A DNA stretch of 64,000 nucleotides from Eledone cirrhosa (Eukaryota): NCBI GenBank assembly GCA_964016885.1, contig OZ024742.1, forward strand, positions 60,946,001 to 61,010,000, given 5' to 3'. Positions within the stretch are counted from its first letter, which is position 1. Every line of letters begins with the position of its first letter. Both the position numbers and the translations under genes were made by a program. Below are positions 57,621 through 64,000 of the stretch, piece after piece. The notes below the pieces were generated by a model. The model was not told the origin of the DNA and made no database searches. It saw only the letters and a list, made by a program, of their open reading frames with translations.

Positions 57621-60600
57621 TTACAGATATATACTCAGAGTCGGCCCATTCACTCGGGCCATTCTTGCTTCTCTCACCCATCTTTCAACAAAATGCTGGG
57701 AAGAGAGCACTTCCTTCTCTACTCTGATTTTCCTTTTCAAATGAAATTTGAAAAAGTCAATCAGAGCATCACCGAAGAGGTAAGTGCTCGTCTTCAGCCC
57801 TTTCAAACGTGTCCACCATACTATCTCTTTCGCCATGGCCACCAGACAGATAAAAACTGCCTGCCCTTCCCGGCTAAAGGAGGAGGGCGGGGCAATCCTC
57901 ACGATAGACTCAGATGATACCTGGATCCGTCCTAAACGCGACAGCAGGTGTTCGACATAAACCCACAAGTCAGCAATTTTCGGACACTGGACGAGTGCGT
58001 GCAGGACGGTTTCGTCGCCCTGCGCGCATCTCGGACATGCCCGGCTGACGGCACCTCCATGCCTGTAGAGTTTATCCCGAACTGGCAAGGCTCCTCGGTA
58101 GCAATGCCAGGCCAGAGATTTCTGGAAGTTGTCCATAGGCCCTGGCCCGAAAGTTCTTCCGAAGAGATTGGCTAGTTGATTTTCGTCGACGCCTAGAGTT
58201 TCCCCAAGTACGTCGTCGCTCTTCCCCTCCACTAATCCTCTATAGAAAGCCGAGGTGGAGTTTCCACCGATCACATTGCCCGATTGGTCGAGGGCTGTGA
58301 GCGCCTGAAGACATTCCAGTCTCCAGGCGCTCCCTCTCGGTCTTCGCTTGACCCAGGACTGCAGCTCCGTCAAGGAAACGAGCTGGGGAAAAACGCGTCT
58401 AGCAAACGGCGACCACACCTGATCACCGTCGAGGAAGAGGTGGAGATGTCGTAGCCTGAGCGCGTGCCTGCGCATCATCAGCCACGGCATGCCCAGCCCT
58501 CCACGTAGCGGGTGTTGACAACAGATGGACCGCCTGACCATCGGAGCACGTCCCTTCCACAAAAAGCGAAAGAGCAAACGCTCCAGCGCAGTCAGGCGAG
58601 GCTTAGGACAAGGTACGACGGTTAGGCGGTAGCAGATGACAGACGCGATGTACGCGTTAGCCACCTCCGCTCGACCTTTCAGGGATAGCTTCCTCTCCGC
58701 CCATTTCTGGGTGAGAGAAGCCACCCTGCTCGTCACCTCGTCCCAGTTTTTGTCCGTCTGGAGGTCCGGACCGAACCAGACCCCTAGCAATTTAACCGGT
58801 CCGTCCGTCCAGCGCCCGACGACGCTGTTGGACGGCATGGACCTGCCTCTCCAGGTGCCGAGCTGCAGGCCCACTGACTTTTCCTGGTTGATCATTGCTC
58901 CTGTCACCGCTTCGTATTCTTTTAGTGTAGTGCCGATCGCCTCGATGTGTTTGGCGTTCGACACCACTACGGTGACATCGTCCGCATATACGGACACGGA
59001 TCTTCCGCATCCTAGTTCGCGCGGGACTCCCCTCAACGTCTCCAGTTTGTGCAGTAATGGCTCGAGAGTCAATACGTACAAGAGGGACGAGAGGGGACAT
59101 CCTTGGCGGACCGAGCGCATGATGTTGAACGGTTCCGACAGGTGACCGTTCACTCTCACTACAGAGCAGATGTCGCTGTGCATGGCAGCGATCCAGCCTC
59201 TGAAGACGGGCCCAAAGCCAGCCGCCCTCAGGACTGCCGCTAGGTAACGATGGTCGACCCTATCGAAAGCTTTCGACTGATCTAAATTGATCAAGGACCC
59301 TCCCGTGCCAGGTTCCCTAGCTACCCTCTCTACGATGTATCGCATGAGGTGGAGGTTGTCGTGGATGGATCTGTCGGGAATGGCGCATGTCTGCGCCTCT
59401 CCCACCAGACCACCAACGACAAGCGCCAACCTCTTTGCTAGCACCTTGGCCAAAATCTTAAACTCTGTGTTTAGCAGAGTTATGGGCCGGAAATTGTCTA
59501 TGTTATCCCCCTTGTTCGGATCCTTTCTCAGCAGTGCCACCGCTCCTCGGCTCACAGAACTGGGAATTCTCCCGTTCTGTTGCCAGTTGCAGTACGTAAA
59601 GTTCATAGGGCAGACCATCCAAACCAGGCGATTTACCCCTTGTGCAGCCAGTCATTGCCTCCCGTACTTCAGCGGCTGTTATCGGGTTTTCGCAACACCT
59701 CGCCTCAGTGGCCGAGAGCCGCGGCAGTCCGTCCAGGTAGACACTAAAGTCCATCCCTCTACCCGGCCCCCCGCTGCCCCCGAACAGCTGAGCGAAGTGT
59801 CGCTGAAAAGCTTCACACATTTGCCCGGGATCGAGTAGCATGCGCCCGTCGTGGTCCACCAAAGACCGGATCGTGGCTTTGTTGCCACGACGCGCCTCCG
59901 CCACTCGGGCCCATTGAACGGCTTTCGTCCCCTCGTGTCTGAGAGCACGCACCCTAGCTCTGACAACGCAGCCTTCGTGCTTTGCATTGAAGAATTGATC
60001 AAGGGCCAATTTCGCCGCAAGCACGTCGGTCGCAATGCCTTTGCTAAGCGCCTCGTCTAATTTTCTAACTAGTTCTCCCTCTGCTCTATTTTTCTCTATT
60101 GCTAAAGCCTTACTAAACCTAATCGATTCTTTTCTAATCGCTCTTTTCAGAGCAAACCACCACTTGTTGTTGACGATGGCCCCCGTCAACGCCCGCTTAA
60201 CTAGTTCGCTAATCCGGTCTCTGTAGGCCTTGCGCGCTGGTAAGGACGCGTTTAGCTTCCAGTAGCCGGGTCCTCGTCTATGAAGCCAATCTAAGTCAAG
60301 CACACAGGTCACGAATTTGTGGTCCGTGTAGCTGACTATCTTGAATTGTGGACAGCCTATGCTAGACCTATCTATTTCCCTACAAAATACTCTATCTAGA
60401 TATGATCTGGATGACCCTGCGGTTTGTCCAAGTCCACATTGGCACATTCGGGAAATCCAATCGGTACCTGTCAGACAGTTCAAAACGCCTGAGCAGGTTG
60501 GTGAGGCTCTTGAATCCTCCACCCCTATCCGCTAATCCCACACAGTCCCAGCGTGCATCTAAGATCCCGTTCCAGTCGCCCACTAACATTAAAGAGCGGG

Positions 60601-60997
60601 ACGTTCCAAGAAAGGTCTCCAGACGCCGGAAGAAATCAGGCCGCCCTGCTCCTGTCGGGGCATAGACGGCCACTAGCCTGAAAGCTTGCCCGTCTCCGCT
60701 GGTCACGTCCAGCACCACCAGCTTACCCTCTGGGTCCAGGAAGATGGCCCGTATGGCGAGATCCAAACCTCTCCGAAAAAGCACAGCAACTCCTCCACCC
60801 GATCCAGGACGGCTGGGAGATGCGTACACATCGTAGCCGCCGAAGATCGGTGCGAAGGCCCGTGCTTCGGAGATTCTGGTCTCGCTGATGGCCACTACAT
60901 CTATGTTTAGTGACCTGAGGTCGTTGAGCAGGTGACCCTGCTTCCATGACGACCCCAAGCCACGCGCATTTATGCTGCCTATTCTGAGTGAGGTCAT
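57621..60997 (-). pseudogene. Tx1-type ORF2 (APE endonuclease, RT, C-terminal Zn motif) in three frames
   Basis: SINARGL, SET, VYAP, GDWN, YLDR, TDH, GYWKLN, KSPGLDGLPYE, FRPITLLN, LDQSKAFDRVDH, VRQGCPLS, YADD, GGLG, CPRC...ETVLHAL. Confidence 0.93.
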
Positions 60998-61032
60998 GTT
61001 TAAAATAGAGTGGAAAAGATGGGAAAGACCAC

Positions 61033-63162
61033 TTACCGTACTTTTGGTAGAGGAGGGATGGTTTTTACATCCCTTTTCACTTGATCGTCTGGTGAAGGGA
61101 CCGTTGAATCGTCCCTTCGGCTGGTCGTCGGCTCTCCTAAGAGAATGTCTGAATATACTCTTCGATTAATGGTTCCTCCTAGGTCCCTGAAATCACCAAC
61201 TGCGTTGGGGAATTTCGTTTTAATGTTTGTGTATTGTTTCTGTGCTATTTTTAGCAGTCTTATGTTAGTTGGCGTTTTGATTGGTGCTGGTATTATGTAG
61301 TCCTGTTGTGAAATGTCTGTGTGTTCAATTATGTAAGTCATTAGTTTCTTGTTGTGTGTGTTTATTGCCGTGCATTTGTTTTTCTGGGGGTGGGGTGTGG
61401 TTCTGCTATTTTCTTGTCGTTGTTGCTGGGTGTGTGTGTTTTGTTGTTGTGTTTGCGATGTTGGTGCTTGTGGTGGTGGTGTTGAAGGTGTTGTTGGCGG
61501 TGGGGTTGTCGCCGGTGGTGATGGTGGTGCTGGTGTGGGTGGTGATGGTGTTGGTGGTGTTGCTGCTGTGGGTCTCTTTGCAGTAGACTTTACCCTTTTC
61601 TCATTTCTTTCCTCCCTTTTCAAAGGCGACGATGCGCTGCTTCTGCGTTTGTGCCTTCTTGCGACCTTTTGCCATCCCTCTCCCACCTCACACTCCATGT
61701 CTGATTCTGTAAGGTCGGGGAGGGGTACCAGCTCCACTCTTTCACTTGTTGTTGTTGGTGATGTTTGCACTGGAGTCTCTGTTGCAGCTGCATTTGGTAT
61801 TGCTGTTGTTGTTGTTAATATTTCCACTGCTGCTGCTGTCTTTGATTTCCGTGGAGTGGGTATGGGTGCCACGGACCTATCGTTCCTGGTTGCCGCTTGT
61901 CCTGTTGCTGGTAGCCGTGGAGCCGGATTCGGAAGGAGGGGGGTTTTCTCCTTTCTCAGGGTCTTCTCGTTGCAGAAGGCCCTGAGGTGAGTCTTCGATC
62001 CACAGCGAAAGCATTTCGGGCGTTTGCCCTCAACACTTATGGGCAGTTGAGTGCCGTTATCGAAGTCTATCACATCCGGGATAGCTTCGATGCACTCCTG
62101 GTTGGTTTGGATTAGCATCTCAATGGAGGAGCCGACCCAATCTTCTCTTACTTTTTTCTGTACTTGCAGTACAGTTGTTTTGTCCTCGATTCCGACGAGG
62201 ACAGACGCGGCCAGCCAAGAAGGGGTCATTCCGGGGGGGACGTGGGTCAGTTTGACCCTCACAATTTTTTGCCCGCAGTAGGAGGGCACCAACACCATTT
62301 CCTCGCTCCTTAGGGTCACTACTGATTGGGCCTTTGCCTCCTGGGGTGTGGCAAAAAGTACGTCTTCGGTGGCGTATTTTTTGCCTCGGGTGATGTGCGT
62401 TTTCCTCTGCCACACAGACCCCAAGGCTTTTTGTATTTGGGCCTTTGTGGCTCTTTCCACCCTACGGGATTTTGTACTTACTGTACGGTACGTGACCGTA
62501 CAGTGCTCTTGGGTTTCGAAAAAATTTTTCGCTGCCTTGCAGATTGCTCGGTGTCCGTTCTTTGTCACCATCTTCTTCGCTTCCTCTAATTCCTCATTTG
62601 TTATGAGGATTGTTTCCAAGTTTTTCGCAATACCTGCAAATGAGATTGGTTTTTCTCTGCTGTTGTTGTTGTCGTCAGAGCTGCTGGTACTTTTGTTGTT
62701 GCTGCAGGTACTACGACTACTGCCTCCGCCGCTGTTGCTGTGGTTGTTGTTGGTGTTGCTGCTGCTAATGCTGTTGTTGTTTATGCTGCTGGTGATGCTG
62801 TTGCGGCTGCTACTGTTGTTTGCATTGTCACTGTTGCTGTTGTTATTACGGCTGCTACTGCTATTATTCCTGACGTCAGACGAATGAACTGGGTTTTCGT
62901 ATTTCCCGCACACCTGTTTCGTCGCTGTCGTCGTCGTCGTGGAGAAACCTTGCACGCTTTGCACGAGACTTTTCTTTTCTTTCGTCGCTTGCGAAAGAGA
63001 AGGGAGGGAGAGAGACACATTTAAAGAAGGGAGGGAGAGAGACAATCTTCTCTCTGCTGTAGTGATGATTGAGGAAGAAGAAGACGGAATGAGTGGGAGT
63101 GACGTATGAAATTTCTTTTTCGTAGCCATGTTTTTTTGTTTAAAATGAAATTTTGGGTACAA
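61033..63162 (-). CDS. Tx1-type ORF1 (gag-like) with CCHC zinc knuckle; start probably the ATG of MATKKK
   Basis: 709-aa open frame with SFA motif, CFRCGSKTHLRAFC and GWQKV..R; directly upstream of ORF2. Confidence 0.85.
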   Translation of the reverse strand: MYPKFHFKQKNMATKKKFHTSLPLIPSSSSSIITTAERRLSLSLPSLNVSLSLPSLSQATKEKKSLVQSVQGFSTTTTTATKQVCGKYENPVHSSDVRNNSSSSRNNNSNSDNANNSSSRNSITSSINNNSISSSNTNNNHSNSGGGSSRSTCSNNKSTSSSDDNNNSREKPISFAGIAKNLETILITNEELEEAKKMVTKNGHRAICKAAKNFFETQEHCTVTYRTVSTKSRRVERATKAQIQKALGSVWQRKTHITRGKKYATEDVLFATPQEAKAQSVVTLRSEEMVLVPSYCGQKIVRVKLTHVPPGMTPSWLAASVLVGIEDKTTVLQVQKKVREDWVGSSIEMLIQTNQECIEAIPDVIDFDNGTQLPISVEGKRPKCFRCGSKTHLRAFCNEKTLRKEKTPLLPNPAPRLPATGQAATRNDRSVAPIPTPRKSKTAAAVEILTTTTAIPNAAATETPVQTSPTTTSERVELVPLPDLTESDMECEVGEGWQKVARRHKRRSSASSPLKREERNEKRVKSTAKRPTAATPPTPSPPTPAPPSPPATTPPPTTPSTPPPQAPTSQTQQQNTHTQQQRQENSRTTPHPQKNKCTAINTHNKKLMTYIIEHTDISQQDYIIPAPIKTPTNIRLLKIAQKQYTNIKTKFPNAVGDFRDLGGTINRRVYSDILLGEPTTSRRDDSTVPSPDDQVKRDVKTIPPLPKVR

Positions 63163-63342
63163 AACCCCAATAACTGGTTATTTAACCCCGAAGGGCCAAA
63201 TAACGGACAGAAAGACCCCTCTCACGAGGAGGAGGGTGTCTTTATTAACAATTTGGTTCAAGTTTTAAACAATTTACAATTGTTTTAACGGTTAAAAATT
63301 ACTATACCTTACAGAGCCGAGCCTCCGTCAACCATGGCATTC

Positions 63343-64000
63343 AATAATAATAATAATAATGATTTCATTTATTGGCCACAAGGGCCGACATATAGGGGAC
63401 AACACAATAGACAGGGACAGTGGGGGTTTACATAGAGATCGAGTAAGTATAAATAACAAAAAACAAAATAACAATAAAAATACAACAATGAAAGTTCCCC
63501 AATAAGAGGGATCACCACCCAGGGTTGACTCACGCACCCCACCAGTCCTGAGCCACCCGACGCTCCTAGGGCACCCGGGAAGGGCACCCCTCTCCTTCTC
63601 GAATTCACCAGCCTACAGGCGCATGATCAGAGTAGGCCCACTCACACGGGCCATTCTCGCCACATTCACCCACCTTTCAGTAAATGTACTGGGGGGCAGC
63701 ACTTCTCTCTCCACCCTCACCTTCCTTTCCAAGTGAAACTTGAAGAAGTTGATGAGGGATTGGCCGAAGAGAAAAGTGACTGTCTTCAGTCCTTTCAACC
63801 TGGTCCACCATGCAACCTCTTTCGCTACTGCCACCAGGCAGAGGAAAATTGCCTGCCCTTCCTGACCAAAAGAAGGCGGCGGGTCAATCTTCACTATGGA
63901 CTCGGACGATAGCCGGATCCGTTCTACACGCGACAATAGCTGTTCGACATAACCCCACAAGTCAGCAATGCACGGACACTGGACGAGTGCGTGCAGAACG
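63343..64000 (-). mobile_element. 3' end of a second, diverged Tx1 copy (runs off the window)
   Basis: ORF 63613-63960 is clearly homologous to the ORF2 C-terminus at 57621-57970; own 3' UTR and (ATT)n tail at 63343-63360. Confidence 0.9.

Larger units (their letters stand above)
57289..63342 (-). mobile_element. Near full-length Tx1/L1-clade LINE with (ATT)n tail
   Basis: Two-ORF structure, 3' UTR and (ATT)n at 57289-57358; ORF2 broken by two frameshifts. Confidence 0.93.

Noticed and set aside
57948-63024. Plus-strand ORFs overlapping the Tx1 element
   Set aside because: Antisense shadows of a GC-rich coding strand.

Overview
AT-rich eukaryotic (animal) repeat desert with no convincing intact host gene. 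The dense (TA)n/(CA)n microsatellites and the SINE types suggest a cephalopod such as Octopus (inference from recalled repeat consensus, not verified). It holds decayed transposons: a Helitron with intact termini, a non-autonomous Helitron, a hAT-like DNA transposon, a MITE, at least five Penelope-like element (PLE) bodies or 3' ends, a CR1/L2-group LINE, an RTE LINE plus a bipartite RTE derivative, a near-intact Tx1/L1 LINE in tandem with a second copy, and tRNA-derived SINEs. The main signal is non-coding: about 30 intact or decayed type I hammerhead ribozyme (HHR) motifs, found by eye. They occur in PLE 3' UTRs, in small palindromic two-ribozyme elements, and in three mutually related 290-316 bp tandem-repeat families (non-LTR retrozyme-like), including a 10.5-copy 310-bp array. 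These families share conserved boxes, end at the same motif next to (TA)n, and one shows PLE-style inverted arms. Four separate families use the compensated U3-A8 catalytic core (UUGANAA). This suggests a (TA)n-targeted PLE/retrozyme system. All structures were paired manually and none was computed or tested; element boundaries are approximate.
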